From Chiloscyllium plagiosum (Eukaryota): a DNA stretch of 64,000 bases. The DNA is taken from positions 14,199,947-14,263,946 of the forward strand of contig NC_057720.1 in the NCBI RefSeq assembly GCF_004010195.1, in the 5' to 3' direction. Below, in pieces: positions 11,200-23,883 of this stretch (the first letter of the stretch is position 1; each line of letters opens with the position of its first letter). The translations under genes were made by a program, and so were the position numbers. The notes beneath the pieces are model-generated. The model saw only the letters and a program-made list of their open reading frames with translations. It had not been told where the DNA came from and did no database searches.

Positions 11200-13380
11200 T
11201 CAATCAATTCCTTGGTGGCTATCATGAATGCATTTCAGTATTTCAACTCCCAACTCCTTTGGGATAATTGCTCCATTTCTTTTGTACAATATATTATATA
11301 GGTTTGCCAATTCATTTCTATTTGCCCAATACTGTCTTATAGCAATGGGTGTATCCTTGATACCCATTAACCATTTTCTCATCACTATGTCTTGCAACAG
11401 TTGGAGATAAGTATCTTGTTTAGTAGTTTGCTTAATTTGACCAAAGGGCTTGTCCATTAGATTTCATGGCTCTGCTGAGTTAATGATTTCCAGAGCATGA
11501 TGAGCTGCTGCTTCATGTTGAATCTCAAAGATTGCCCACTGTGTTGCAGAATTCTCCACTTTCTTCACTGGGAGTGCTGTGGTGTGTGAAAGGAATAGTA
11601 TCCCTGTTGCACTAGGGTAGCTCCAAGTCCTGCCTCACTGATGTCACACTACAGGGTGGGTAACTCCATCATTTATGTTGTAGTATTGTAGCGCAGGCTT
11701 TGGCATCAATGTGTGCTTGGTTACAGTGAATGCTCCTTCTTGTGTTAAACCCCAGCACCACTTGCCGACCTTGACAATGAGTCAGCAAAATGGCTCACAC
11801 AAATTAGCTAAGGACAAATCCAACAAATCATAGCACTCCTTTTACATCTATTAGTTGCTACAACACTGCTACAGCTCTCACTTTTCCAGGGTCTGGGCAA
11901 AGTCTTTTTCTGTCAGGAATTGACTTCAAGCAATTGTAATTGTAACTGCAATGTGTTCAGCTCAGGTTTGCTTCATGAGCTCTGTCTAATAGTTGCAGTA
12001 GATTTGATCATGGTCAGCAATGGTTTCTTCCATCATGCCTCCGCATTCATAAGTAGATCATCCACTATCACTTTGTCTCTGGGAAGATCAATAACCATCT
12101 CAGGATGCCTGCATTGATATTCTTCAGCAATTTCCAAACAGCAAGCACAACCATCTGTATCTCCTGAAGGCTATCCAGAATGTAGTTAGCAAGCTGCTAC
12201 TTTGATTCAGCTTCACTTGCCAGTAACCATCCTTCGCACCTCAAGCCATGAAGAGGTTTTGCATTTGCAAGTTGTGGCAAAATTCCTTTGCTGGTTGGCA
12301 GGAGTTAGTGAGATCTCTTCAGGCTTTATTTAGAACCCTTGGGTCGATACTTGTTTCCAGGTTTCCTTTCCCTGCTGCCTCGTTGCTCTCCATTCTGTAG
12401 GTGGTGTCCCTTCCATTCCAGCTTTCCTATCTCATCTTTCAGGTCAGCCTGGAGGGCAGCTGGAACGCTCTTCAGCAGATGTTGTATTGGTCTTGCATTC
12501 TCACCTGCTCCAAGATGGTTTTCCTCAGGAAGATATCCTAACCCTGTAAACACATTGTTACACTCCTCCAGGATGTATTCCCTCACACTGTAAGTCTATG
12601 TTTGGCATATTGCGGGTTATGAGTCCAGGCTTCAGTCTGCTCCAGCTGAGGTGTGACATTTGCTTTTCATCTCTGATCTGGACTTTCAGATCCTTGTCCA
12701 ATCTGTTGCATTGGGCCTGGCAGAGTTTATGGTGCCATCATCTAGTCAGAACCATACTATTGATATTGATCCATGTTGAGCCATTTTGCATAGGTTTCCG
12801 AGGACCCTGATGCTGCATGGTTCACCTTTGTCTATCTAACATTTTACATTGATCAGATGTTCTTCTTCTGTAGCCCTCGTGCAAATGGTCACAAACAATA
12901 TCTCACCTATTGACTTGACTAGACCAGCCTGCCTAAGGCTGCAGATTGATTTGTCAGTCTCGTTGGCCAATACCTCTTCAGTGGCCATCTGCAGTCTCAG
13001 TAGCTGCCTTTTCTTGCGACAATGTCATTCTTGACACCATGTATACAACACAGCACTGTTTCCTTTTAGCCAGATAATAGTGTGAAATGATTTGACTTCT
13101 TGCAATGAGAACACTGTTTTTCCCATACTGGACATGCCCCCTTTCCCTTTGATTGACGTATTCACATCCTGATCTTTGTTTTGGATTGTCTTCCCTGAGT
13201 TCCTGGAGGCTCTGTCACTATAATCCAATGCCTAATCTGTTCCACTGTCAATGTGCTGTTGATTCACAATCTCAACACTTCTGCGCAGGTCAATTGCTCT
13301 CCTGAACAAAACTTAATTGGATTTGCTTCTCGAGACAAGCTCTCACTGTGTGACCCCTTATTCCTCATACAATACTATCC
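11200..13380 (-). pseudogene. Decayed Ty3/Gypsy LTR retrotransposon gag-pol fragment
   Basis: Minus strand: ILEECNNVFTGLGYLP..VPAALQADLK; IDPRVLNKA; AKDGYWQVKL..RYRWL; VIVDDLL (RT catalytic motif); QYWANRNEL..IIPKEL..ILKCIHDSHQGI (integrase zinc-finger start). Confidence 0.85.
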
Positions 13381-13384
13381 TTCA

Positions 13385-13665
13385 TTAGAACATAGAACAT
13401 GGAAGTGTACAGTACAGAAACAGACCCTTCAGCCCATGATGTTGTGGAGAACATGACTCCAAACAAAATGAAACCTATTTGCCTGCTTTTAGTCCATATC
13501 CCTCAACTCCTTGCATATTCATGTGCTTATCTAAAAGAACTTTAAATGCTCTTATCATATCTGCCTGCACCACATAGCAGTGTAGTCCAGACTCCTACCA
13601 CACTCTGTGTAAAAAACCTGCTCCTCACATCTCGTTTGAATTTTCCCTCCTCACCTTAAATTAGA
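13385..13665 (-). mobile_element. CR1 LINE 3' fragment
   Basis: Starts with the reversed tail tagaacatagaacat, followed by the CR1 3' UTR. Confidence 0.8.
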
Positions 13666-14689
13666 TAATCCTTTAATTGTGCTCATTTACACCTTTCTGC
13701 AAACTGAGCAAATGATGTTCTGTAATGATCAATGCATTCATTTTCAACTTGGCTGCTAATGTTGAAATCCTATCATTCATTGTTAAAGCTTTTGCTGATT
13801 TTTCTTTATTTTTATTCTTTTATTAACTTTGGTTTGGAGCTATGAACTGGGAATTGTGGGCTGAAGATGGCTTGTGGACTCTTTCAAACAGTTTGTGATA
13901 AAAGTAAAGGAACAGACTAAGCAGGCTTTTGTTAGTTCATGAGGACCAGGTTGGAGGTTACTCATGCAGACAGAAGGTTCCTGCATGACATAGCAACCCC
14001 AGGAAGAGCATTGTGTTTAAACAGAGAGCAGAAGTTAGCTAATAAATAAGATCAATACCTGGCAATGGGTTCTGGCAAGTCTGGAAGAAACTATACTCAA
14101 GCAGATGATAGGTGTTGAATGGAAATTGAAGCCTTGGGAAAAGATGTTCAGTCTCTCAGGGTGGAATGAGGGTCAGAGTTGTGGTTGAACTGTGTTGTCT
14201 AAAGGAGATGAGCTTGACTGCTGACAGCATGGAAATTTGTAAGCTCCCTGCTTAATCTCCCACACCCAGCTCTTGGAAGCCCAGGGAGTAGAAAGCTGAG
14301 TTAAAAACACCCTTACCTGAGTGAACTGAGAAGGTAGCTTAATAGGCAGTTCCAGAAAAACCAACCAAGTAGTCCACATCTATGCCTGTAAAACAATAGA
14401 TTGTGAAAAACATTTTAAATACTGTGGCCAGTTTTATTAGCTTTGTCTATTTATCCCTTCAGTGTGTTTGTTTGTCTGTCTGTCTTTTGTGCCAGTGGGG
14501 GCGGAAAACAAAGGTTTCAGGTTTAAAGCATCGACACTAATCAGTTTACTTTTTTAAATTTTCCCTCTGCTGAAATTATTACACATTTAAAAATTGTTAA
14601 AATAAATTTAGTTTGAGATACAAAACCAGTATTTGGAATTAATTACTCACAAAATCTGGAAGTGATTATGTGAAAGTCTGATCAGGAAC

Positions 14690-14942
14690 CACAATGTGAA
14701 AGCAGGCCATTCGGTCCATACTGAACCTTCCCCCTTCCATATCCTTGTAAACCTGCATTTCTCATGGCTGATCCACCTAAACAAAACATCTTTGAACCGT
14801 GGGACGAAATCAGAGCACCCAGAGGAAACCCATGCAGACACGGGGAGAATGTTCAAACTCTACACAGACAGTCGCCTGAGGCTGGAATCGAACCTGGGTC
14901 TCTGGCACTTTGAGGCACCAGTGCTAGCCACTATGTCGCCCA
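14690..14942 (-). mobile_element. HE1-type V-SINE
   Basis: gaggaaacccatgcagacacggggagaatg V-domain core and ggaatcgaacc B box. Confidence 0.85.
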
Positions 14943-15976
14943 CAAGTAATTGTTGAGAGTTTGTGAGGGTTTTACTTTTACTGTGTTGCAAATACAGAGG
15001 TACAAAAGCTCATTTGGTTCAGCTATCTGTCATAACATCATATGGAACATTCATCTGGGGCTCAAAGTGTACCTTTAAAGCTTGTAAAATTAAAACCCAT
15101 GTTTTTCCTGCTCTTCCCCGATGTTTAGGATGAAATACATTTTGAAGCAGTCTGTTCCCATTGTGATTTGTAACTATTGTGGTTTGCTCAACACATCTAT
15201 TGCTATTTCAGAATTCCGCTATCAGGCACAGAGGAAGTTCCAGTTTTCCTTCATGTTCTCTGTTATTTGAACAGGAACTGGTTAGAGAAAATTTGCAGCC
15301 ATTTTCTCTTAATCAGCTGTGCAATACTTCATTGTCCTTTGGTTTTGTTTTTTTTTGTCAGCGCTCTACAAGGACTTTATTGAAGTGAACTGAAGGTGTC
15401 TGCCTGTAATGTGCATGCCTGATGGTAGAGGTCACTTGACTATGGCACACCATGTATGGGATTGCATTTCAATCCAACACTAATGAACGACTGCTTAAAG
15501 GTCTCATCCTGCTACCACTGCAATGTATTCAGCTGCAAAAAGGCCAGTAGCCATGTGGCATGCACTACACATCTGCTTGTCACCCCACGGACATGAGGGC
15601 CCTCAATAAAAGATAACTGGCACTTGATGAAGGTACTAGGCTGAGAAGTGTGAGAGGCCCGATAGGAACCATCTCTGCCCTGGATTCACATCCTCCTGCC
15701 TCCTTCCCTCCTCCAGCTCAGCAACCATCAACATCACGTACCAGTAGCCTGGTTCTCTAGGGTCCTAGAACACTCGGAGGTATAGGGGAGCTGGTTAGTG
15801 AAAGGGTCTCTTTGGCGGAATCCACAGCCTATTCTTTGCCAACTTCTGATTGGCCAGCTGCTCTTGTGAGGCAGGGCTTCCTTCACCCCTCACTCTACTG
15901 CTCGAGCCCAGGAAATTCTGAGGATAAGAACCTCTTGTGGCCTCGTCGCTGCCTGATTGGCATGTGCTACCAATGC

Positions 15977-16075
15977 TATTCCTGATAAAGGGCTTTTGCC
16001 TGAAACGTCGATTTTCCTGCTCCTCGGATGCTGCTTGACCTGCTGTGCTTTTCCAGCACCACTCTGATCCAAACT
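15977..16075 (+). mobile_element. Truncated PLE terminal repeat with hammerhead-like motif
   Basis: ctgataaagggcttttgcctgaaacgtc. Exact 14-bp TSD tgtgctaccaatgc at 15963-15976 and 16076-16089. Confidence 0.85.
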
Positions 16076-16898
16076 TGTGCTACCAATGCATCCAAAGAGA
16101 GTATTGGAATAAGTGAAGGAGTCCAAGCCACATGTGAGTGTGGTGGGATCTTGTTGTGGGTCGTGGGAGAAATGGAGTTCAGCCCCATGCCAACTTCTCA
16201 AAGCATGACTCTCACCACAATGTCAAACTTACTTGGTAACAATGCAATGGTGGCAGTATAACTCTGTCCAAATTTCATTCCTGTATGCGGAAGGGTTGTA
16301 AGGTTTTCTCATTCTCAATAAAGCATTAAAAGATTTATTATTCAGACGGAACCCTCTGGACTAAATGCACCATTAGTAATGTTAGGAGGTGGATCAACAT
16401 TTCATTAATAATTTTACATGTCACCTCAATAAGAAATGAATTCGATTGTTCCTGTTTTTATTCATTCTCCATCAATAAATATTTCAAGGATAAAGAATAC
16501 TGTCTTTCCTTTGTTGCTGATGAGATGATGATTTATGAATATTAGACAAAAGGGGTGGTGAAATCTGAAGAATATTTACGTCAGTGGAATGACCTGCTAA
16601 CTCACCTGTAATCTGCAATGAATTTATAAGTTGGAGACACTTTCTGATCAGAAGAAATAGTTAATTGCAAAAATGTGATTTCTCATTTGTCATAGACTCT
16701 TTCTCCCTTTTCATCAGTTGTTATGTGACCATTTTGGGGATGAAGCTGAGGGAGCGAGCAAAGACCAATGTCCCCTAATCTGCTGACAGTCACAATAGCT
16801 GGGTTAGAGACAATCAGCCTGATTCTGAAATTGGTAGGGTTAACAAGAACTTTTCATCCCATCTGTTGTTACAGCAAATAGATGTCTATGATATCATG

Positions 16899-17662
16899 GG
16901 CAGACACGGTGGGTAGAGATGTGTTCGGTGGGGCAGGAGCATGCTGAGACAATGGGTCAGCCAGAGTGGTCAGGCTTGTGGATCTTGGGAAGGAGGTAGA
17001 ATCNNNNNNNNNNNNNNNNNNNNNNNNNNNNNNNNNNNNNNNNNNNNNNNNNNNNNNNNNNNNNNNNNNNNNNNNNNNNNNNNNNNNNNNNNNNNNNNNN
17101 NNNNNNNNNNNNNNNNNNNNNNNNNNNNNNNNNNNNNNNNNNNNNNNNNNNNNNNNNNNNNNNNNNNNNNNNNNNNNNNNNNNNNNNNNNNNNNNNNNNN
17201 NNNNNNNNNNNNNNNNNNNNNNNNNNNNNNNNNNNNNNNNNNNNNNNNNNNNNNNNNNNNNNNNNNNNNNNNNNNNNNNNNNNNNNNCTTACCCCAGTTC
17301 CAACCTTCCAGCACTGTCCTCATGACCTGTCCTACCTGCCAATCTCCCTTCCCACCTATCCACTCCACTCTACCCTCTGACCTAGCACCTCCATCCCCAC
17401 CCCCATTCACCCATTGTACTCCTTGCTACCTTCCCCCACCCTCCTCTCTGACGTATCACCTCCATCCCCATCCCCATTTGCCTATTGTACTCTATGCTAC
17501 TTTCTCCCCACCTCCAATCCCCTCTCATTTATCTCCCCACTCTGCAGACACCCTGCCTCTATTCCTGATGAAGTTCTTTTGCCCGAAATGTCGATTTTCC
17601 TGCTCCTCGGATGCTGCCTGACCTGCTGTGCTTTTCGAACACCACTCTAATCTAGACTCTAA
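16899..17662 (+). mobile_element. Penelope-like element with inverted 5' part, spanning an assembly gap
   Basis: 16899-17003 minus strand encodes FYLLPKIHKPDHSG*PIVSACSCPTE (PLE RT). 17288-17662 is a plus-strand terminal repeat with ctgatga..gaaatgtc. Exact TSD tctatgatatcatg at 16885-16898 and 17663-17676. Confidence 0.85.
17004..17287. other. Assembly gap
   Basis: Run of N. Confidence 1.
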
Positions 17663-18365
17663 TCTATGATATCATGCAATTGAGGCTTTAACAATTAATC
17701 CGTGGCATGTTCCATCCATTGCTGTGTCATTATATTTTCGGCTTGTAATGTGCAATTAGCCAACTCCTAATATATGTAAGTTCAGATGATGTGAAATATG
17801 TCATAGTGAATCAGATTTGACCCTTAAAATGGACTCATTGAACTGTTCCTGGTTAACTCTCAGCTGACTAGAATGTGGTGCTCAGCGTTCCACCGTGAAC
17901 ATTGTTCTGAAACAATTCTTTTCCTTATCATTTAATCAGCTTGAAAATGGGAGGAACAATAGCTTCACGTGTGTAGTGTAGGCATCTGAGTTAATGAATT
18001 TTATGAGACTGAAGCAAAGTGGGCCTTGCAAAACAGTGATCCACATACTAATTTGAGATTTCTGCAGCTACTGTTCAAATCCCAGAGGTAGCCAATATTT
18101 TAGCTCATTAATGTGTGCAAGAAGTTTGCAGAGTTTTTGCTCAGTTACAATATGCATGCTATAAGTGGACTCATGCCTTGTGTCAGCTGGTTTATTTAAA
18201 GATGAATCCCTGGTGGAGACTCAGGTACATTGCCCACCTGATCGGCTAGCTGGAGGACAAAGATAAGAAAATTAGTAAGCACAGAGATAAGAGAAAGAAG
18301 AATTGCATTAATCAACCCCAGGTCATTCAGCTTGATAAACATTGGGGTGTTCCATTACCCTTCAT

Positions 18366-18683
18366 TTAGATTAGATTACTTACAGTATGGAAACAGGCCC
18401 TTCAGCCCAACAAATCCATACCGATCCTCCGAAGAGCAACCCGCCCAGACCCATTCCCTTGCATTTACCCCTTCGCCTAACACTATGGGTAATTTAGCAT
18501 GGCCAATTCACCTACCTGCACATCTTTGGACTGTGGGAGGAAACCAGAGCACCCGGAGGAAACCCACGCAGACACGGGGAGAATGTGCAAACTCCACACA
18601 GACAGTTTCCACGGTTGGAATCGAACCTGGTTCCCTGGCGCTGTGAGGCAGCAGTATTAACCACTGTGCCACCGTGCTGCCCC
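18366..18683 (-). mobile_element. HE1-type V-SINE, near full length
   Basis: Minus strand gggcagcacggtggcacagtgg (A box), ggttcgattcc (B box), V-domain and (aatct)n tail. Confidence 0.9.
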
Positions 18684-19104
18684 TGTGCCATTTAATATTA
18701 CGCCTCTCCTTAAGTACAAATCCCAATTCCCAACGTGTGGAATATATGCATTTATATACAGCTCATTTTGTACTCTGACTGAAGGCAGATCCTTCACTCA
18801 TGGTTTGCTCATCTTTCATCCTGTGCTGTTTTCCTTGGTAGTTTTTGTCAGTATTGATTTGTCATATTCAGAGCAAGGGTGAAAAGGCGGGTCCAGCCCG
18901 AGCAGGAATGAAGCCTCTATTCAAGATGTTAATCTGAACCACATGCTAGCCATCCAGTCAACTGATTACATATAAATAGTAGGTTGGTGTATAGAAATAA
19001 ATGTGAATATAACAACCACATTATTTTCCAAAATTACTTTTTCAAATTCCCTAAACTTAAAATGCAACTTTATGTCACAGACCATATAAAATGAGTTTAG
19101 TGAG

Positions 19105-19625
19105 CATCCCTGCTATTGTAAAGATGTGATTAAACTTGAAAGGATGCAGAAAAGACTTACAAGGGTATTGCCAGGTTAGAGAGTTTGAGCTATTGGGAGA
19201 GGCTGAATAGGCTGAGGCTGTTTTCACTGGAGCATCAGAGGCTGAGGGGTGACCTTACAGAGGTTTATAAGATCATGAGGGGCCTGGATAGGATGAATAG
19301 ACAAGGGGCTTTTCCAAGGGTAGGGGAGTCCAGAAATAAAGGTCATAGGTTTAAGGTGAGAGGAAAAATGATTTAAAAGGGACTTAAGGAACAACTTTTT
19401 CATGCAAAGGGTGGTACACGTGTGGAATGAGCTGCCAGAGGAATTGGTGGAGGCTGGTACAATTGCAACATTTTAAAAGCATCTGGATGGGTACATGAAT
19501 AAGAAAGATTTAAAGGGATATAGGCCAAATGCTGGCAGATGGGGCTGAATTAATTTAGGATATCTGGTTGGTTTGGACGATTTGAATCAAAAGGTCTGTT
19601 CCTGTTCCGTACCTCTCTATGTCTC
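19105..19625 (+). mobile_element. CR1 LINE 3' fragment
   Basis: SYWERLNRLRLFSLEHQRLRGDLTEVYKIMRG. Confidence 0.9.
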
Positions 19626-20663
19626 ATTGAGATGGATTTCTTGCAATCTAGATCGGGATGTTCTACCTATTCAGAGTGCTTAGCAAATGTATGCTGCCAG
19701 AAGGTCACTTTGGGTTCTCTCTAGCTGAAATTGGAGAAGGTAAAGTGTTTACAAAAACCTAAGCCCCTCTGTCCTTCCCCTGACAACGATCTAAAAGTGA
19801 TGAGGGGAGAGGCTTAGGCTTGGATATTTGGTCACATAAAGCCAAAAGGTTCAGGCTTGAAATGGCCTCCTAATCCTCAGATATGTGGGCCAGGGAGCAT
19901 ATGCTCTTTGTGAGCCAGAAGTGCATCATATTGGTGTGCCTGTAGTATTCGGTTTGCCTTGGTCTTCATCATTCAGAAACAAGGTCCATACCTTGGCCGG
20001 CATCGTATGCATATGAATTTAAAAGCCATTGAAGTAAATCTCCTTCCCAATGTAGGGCCTACGATCTGAGGAACATCTCAGGAGAAAAAAAGACATGCAT
20101 GCATCCAGCAATTCTCATTCTCTCAAGATATCCCAACTGCCCTTACAGGGAGTGGAGTACAGTCACGTAGAGCCCTAGTTCAGTGTCTTATCAGCAAAGT
20201 GGCACCTTCATCAGTGAAGGATCCTTTAGTTTCTGGACTGAAGTGTCAATCTAGATAACTGCTTAATCCTCTGGAGCGGAGCTTAAACCCTCAATTTCCT
20301 AGCCCAACAATGAAAATGCTACCTATTTATCTATAAAATCTGGTTCTGTGAAATATGTTAATGAAAAATGTGATATCTAGGATTGCTAAAATCAGATGAA
20401 AAGCTTATTCATTGCATTTAACACTGATGTCCCTGTTATGGGAAGGATGTCGTGAAACTTGAAAGGGTTCAGAAAAGATTTACAAGGGTGTTGCCAGGGT
20501 TGGGGTGTTTGAGCTACAAGGAGAGGCTGAGGGGGTGACCTTATAGAAGCTTATAAAATCATGAGGGGCAGAGATAGGGTAAATAGATAAGGTCTTTTCC
20601 CCAGGGTGGGGGAGTCCAGAACTAGAGGGCATTGGGTTGAGGTGAGAGGGGAAAGATTCAAAA

Positions 20664-20840
20664 GCGAGTGGGAGAAAGCACAGCAGGGTAGGCAGCATCC
20701 AAAGCAGAGGATTCAGGCAGGATTCTTCATCAGAACCTCAATTGTCCTGCTCTTCGATGCTGCCTGACCTGCTGTGTTTTTCTCAATGCCAAACCAGATC
20801 AACTGTGACTCTCCAGTATCTGCAGTCCTCACTATCTGCT
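20664..20840. mobile_element. Degenerate palindromic PLE-derived element
   Basis: Inverted arms aagcacagcagggtaggcagcatc and gatgctgcctgacctgctgtgttt. Approximate TSD aaagat(tc/at)aaaag. Confidence 0.7.
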
Positions 20841-20989
20841 AAAGATATAAAAGAGACCTATGGGGCATCCTCTTCATGCAGAGGGTGGTGTGTGTATGGA
20901 ATGAGCTGCCAGAGGAGGTGGTGGAGAACTGCACCATTTAAAAGGTGTCTGGATGGGTATATGAATAGGAAGGGTTTATTGGGATATGG

Positions 20990-21075
20990 AGAAAGTGAGG
21001 TCTGCAGATGCTGGAGATCAGAGCTGAAAATGTGTTGCTGGACCTGCTGCGCTTTTCCAGCAACACATTTTCAGC
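20990..21075 (-). mobile_element. Internally deleted palindromic PLE-derived element (ribozyme core lost)
   Basis: agctgaaaatgtgttgctgga..tccagcaacacattttcagct. Exact TSD ttattgggatatgg at 20976-20989 and 21076-21089. Confidence 0.85.
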
Positions 21076-22264
21076 TTATTGGGATATGGGCCAAGTGCTG
21101 GCAAGTGGGACTAGATGAATTTAGGATATTTAATCAACATGGACAAGTTTCACCAAAGGGTCTGTTTCCATGCTGTACATCTCGATGACTCTATGACTCT
21201 ACTACTGACTACTCGTAACCTCCGAGTCCAAATTGTGATCAATCTCAGCACCTTTCCTTAAATTCTCACTGGAGCCAGGAGGAAGAGAAGGACACCCAGG
21301 TTCAGCCGTACACCTTCTAAGGGCTATGTAAACTGGGAAGCTATGTTTGTCACCATCCTTCAACACTGACCCTATCAGCTATTCATGGAGCAGAACAGGA
21401 GGGGGTCATGGAGCAGACAGTAACGACCCAGTCTCCTGCATTTAGGAGACTTCCTGCTGGGAGTGGTGGGAGATGCAAGCAAATGAAGGAGAAGGAGGCG
21501 ATATTGAAAAATGAAAATATGCATCTTAAAATGCTTTTGGTAAAATTTAAAATGAAATAAAGAAAAAGCAAAATGTTCTTTTGATGAGATTTTAAATTGC
21601 TTTTGCTTTGGTAAAAGATGGTATTTTTAAATGCAATTTACTTGAAGCATAAAATATTAGGGTCTGTGTTGAAATGGGTCCCACATGTAGAGGAAATTAA
21701 GTATAATATATATTTCTAAATATATCAAGATTGACCTTTTGCTAAATAATTTATAAGTGTATTCTGAAATATCTGTTAAATTAATCTGCTCATCTAGAAA
21801 AAGCATCTTGTACCTTGTCAGGAAGTATCTTATCCTTGCTTATCTCTGATGAGTTTCATTTCATGGCTGAAATTACATGGTAAGAAAAGATGGGAAGGTG
21901 ATTAATAATCAGTTGCTGAAACTGTCCAGTGGCTACATAGCTGTTGGAAGTAGGCATATCCATAAATGGGGCATTGCTAGAGGTTAGTTGATTATAGGAA
22001 ACAGGTCACTTTTGCTTGTATGACCAACGAGTGCAGTCATATTGGGAAATCAACAACAGCCAGAGCAACTTTAAATAGTGCAAGGGGGCAGGGAATGTGA
22101 CTAAATGAAATTAGATGCTGGGTTCTATAAGGAGGCTCTCAGCCAGATTGTCAAAAATGCAATCAAAATAATCTCAAATAGGTTCTTAATCTAAAGGAGG
22201 AAAGAAGAGGTAACGAGAGATGGAGAGGTTTAGGGAAGAAATTCAAGAACTTGAGGACTTGGCA

Positions 22265-22800
22265 ACGTTTTTTTCTGATTCATTCACGTGATCTGAGTGT
22301 CGCTGGCAAAGTCAGCATTTCCAGCACATTCCTAACTGCTCTTGAAAACATGGTGATGAGTTCTCGAATTGCAATAGTCCATTCGGTGTAGAAAATACAT
22401 TGTAATTTTAGGAAAAGAGTTGCAGTTCACCTATCACCACCTCAACACTCCACCCCTCTCCCCACCTGTAACCCTTCCCCCTCCCCCCCCCCACCTCCCA
22501 ACTCTCTTTATCTGCAGCTCCCTCGATCCCCACCTCCATTCCTGGAGAAGGGTTATACTCGAAACGTTGACTTCTGCACCTCCTGATGCTGCCTGGCTTG
22601 CTGTGCTCTTCCAGCCTCCTGTTTGTCTACTTTGGATTCCAGCGTCTGCAGGTTTATTTGTCTCTAGAAACAACGAGATATTCCCAAGTCAGGATGGTCA
22701 TGACTTGGAGGGGAGCGCCAGATGATCGTGTTACTAGGCTCCTGCTAACCTAGTTCTTTTAACTGGTCAAGATTGCAGGTTTGGAAGATGCTGCTACTGT
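22265..22800 (-). mobile_element. Second CR1-group LINE 3' end, interrupted by a PLE terminal repeat
   Basis: Reverse complement of the 27900-28245 tail on both sides of 22413-22668. Confidence 0.6.
22413..22668 (+). mobile_element. PLE terminal repeat with hammerhead-like motif
   Basis: C-rich tract followed by ctggagaagggttatactcgaaacgttgac (22542-22571). Same family as 49110-49225. Confidence 0.75.
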
Positions 22801-23109
22801 GCAACAGTTAATTAAAGTTCAACAGATTTTCCTTAAGTGGTCCTAAGAGGACATGCAGATTAAGGGTTCTGGGAGGTTATTCCATGATTTAGTTGTTCTT
22901 GGAAAAATGCAGTTAGCAAATGAAGCATAGAGATGTGTGATGGGTCAGACCTGTTATTTGTGAACTCTTTGACCTCTGTCACTTTTAGTCATGATGCACT
23001 GCTTGGACATGTTTACATACACACAGATGAACATAAGAATCAAGAGCAGGAGTAAACAATTGATCCTGCTCTGTCATTCAATAAGATCGTAGCTGATGCC
23101 TATTTCAAA

Positions 23110-23600
23110 TTTTTTGGAGACATAAGCTTTTGGATGTGCCTTGCTTATGGTCTTGCCAGGCTTTGGGGGCCGGGAGTGATACACTCATTGCAGGTTTCCT
23201 AGTTTCTGACCTGTTCTTGTAGGCGTGGTATGTATATGGGCGGTCCAGTTCAGTTTCTAGGCCAATGGTAATCCTTGATGTAGGGGCATTCGGTGATGGC
23301 AATGCTATTGAAAGTCTAGGGGAGATGATTAGCTTTTATCCTCATAGAGATGACCAGTGCCTGACACTTCAGTGACAATTCATGAATGCTGCTTGTATTT
23401 ATCAATCCAGGCCTGCGTATTGTCCAGGTCTTGTTGCATGCTGGTCTGGGCTGCCTCATTATCTGACAGATTGTAGGTGGTACTGAACATCGTGCAGTCA
23501 TCAGCAAGCATTCCCACATCTGACCTCATGATGGACAGAAGATCAATGATGAAAGTAATGGGCCTCGGACACGACTGGAAGAACTACTGTAATAATGTTC
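23110..23600 (-). mobile_element. Second CR1-group LINE RT fragment
   Basis: Minus strand VGMLADDCTMFST..MQQDLDNTQAW (FADD-type RT motif). Confidence 0.75.
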
Positions 23601-23883
23601 GAAGTGCAAGATGATTGACCCCCAAAAACCTCCAATCGTCTTCAAACAGGAGGGAAAGCAGGTTAATGTTAAAGTGGAATCTACTCCATTGGCACATGTA
23701 TTCCATTGTCAAAGTACAGTGAACAGCTTTTACCATGTCTGCCTCCCATGGCACCAGCTTAGGTATAAGTACCGAGGTACAAATCTCGGATACAAAGGAG
23801 GAATAAAAAGCAGTCACAATACTTTACCGAGATTTAAAAATAAGTTAGAAATAAGATATTCTTAAAGGGCTGACGTTGCAGCC

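Larger units (their letters stand above)
20428..21200 (+). mobile_element. CR1 LINE 3' fragment interrupted by two PLE-derived insertions
   Basis: KDVVKLERVQKRFTR start and (tgactcta)n tail. Insertions at about 20664-20840 and 20990-21075. Confidence 0.85.

Noticed and set aside
13894..15037. Solo LTR or LTR of the adjacent Gypsy relic (tgtgata..cataaca)
   Set aside because: No TSD, no second copy and no primer-binding site seen.
21379..21538. Possible exon (ctgac..cag acceptor, gtaaaa donor, one open frame)
   Set aside because: The peptide resembles nothing I recognise and I found no partner exons.
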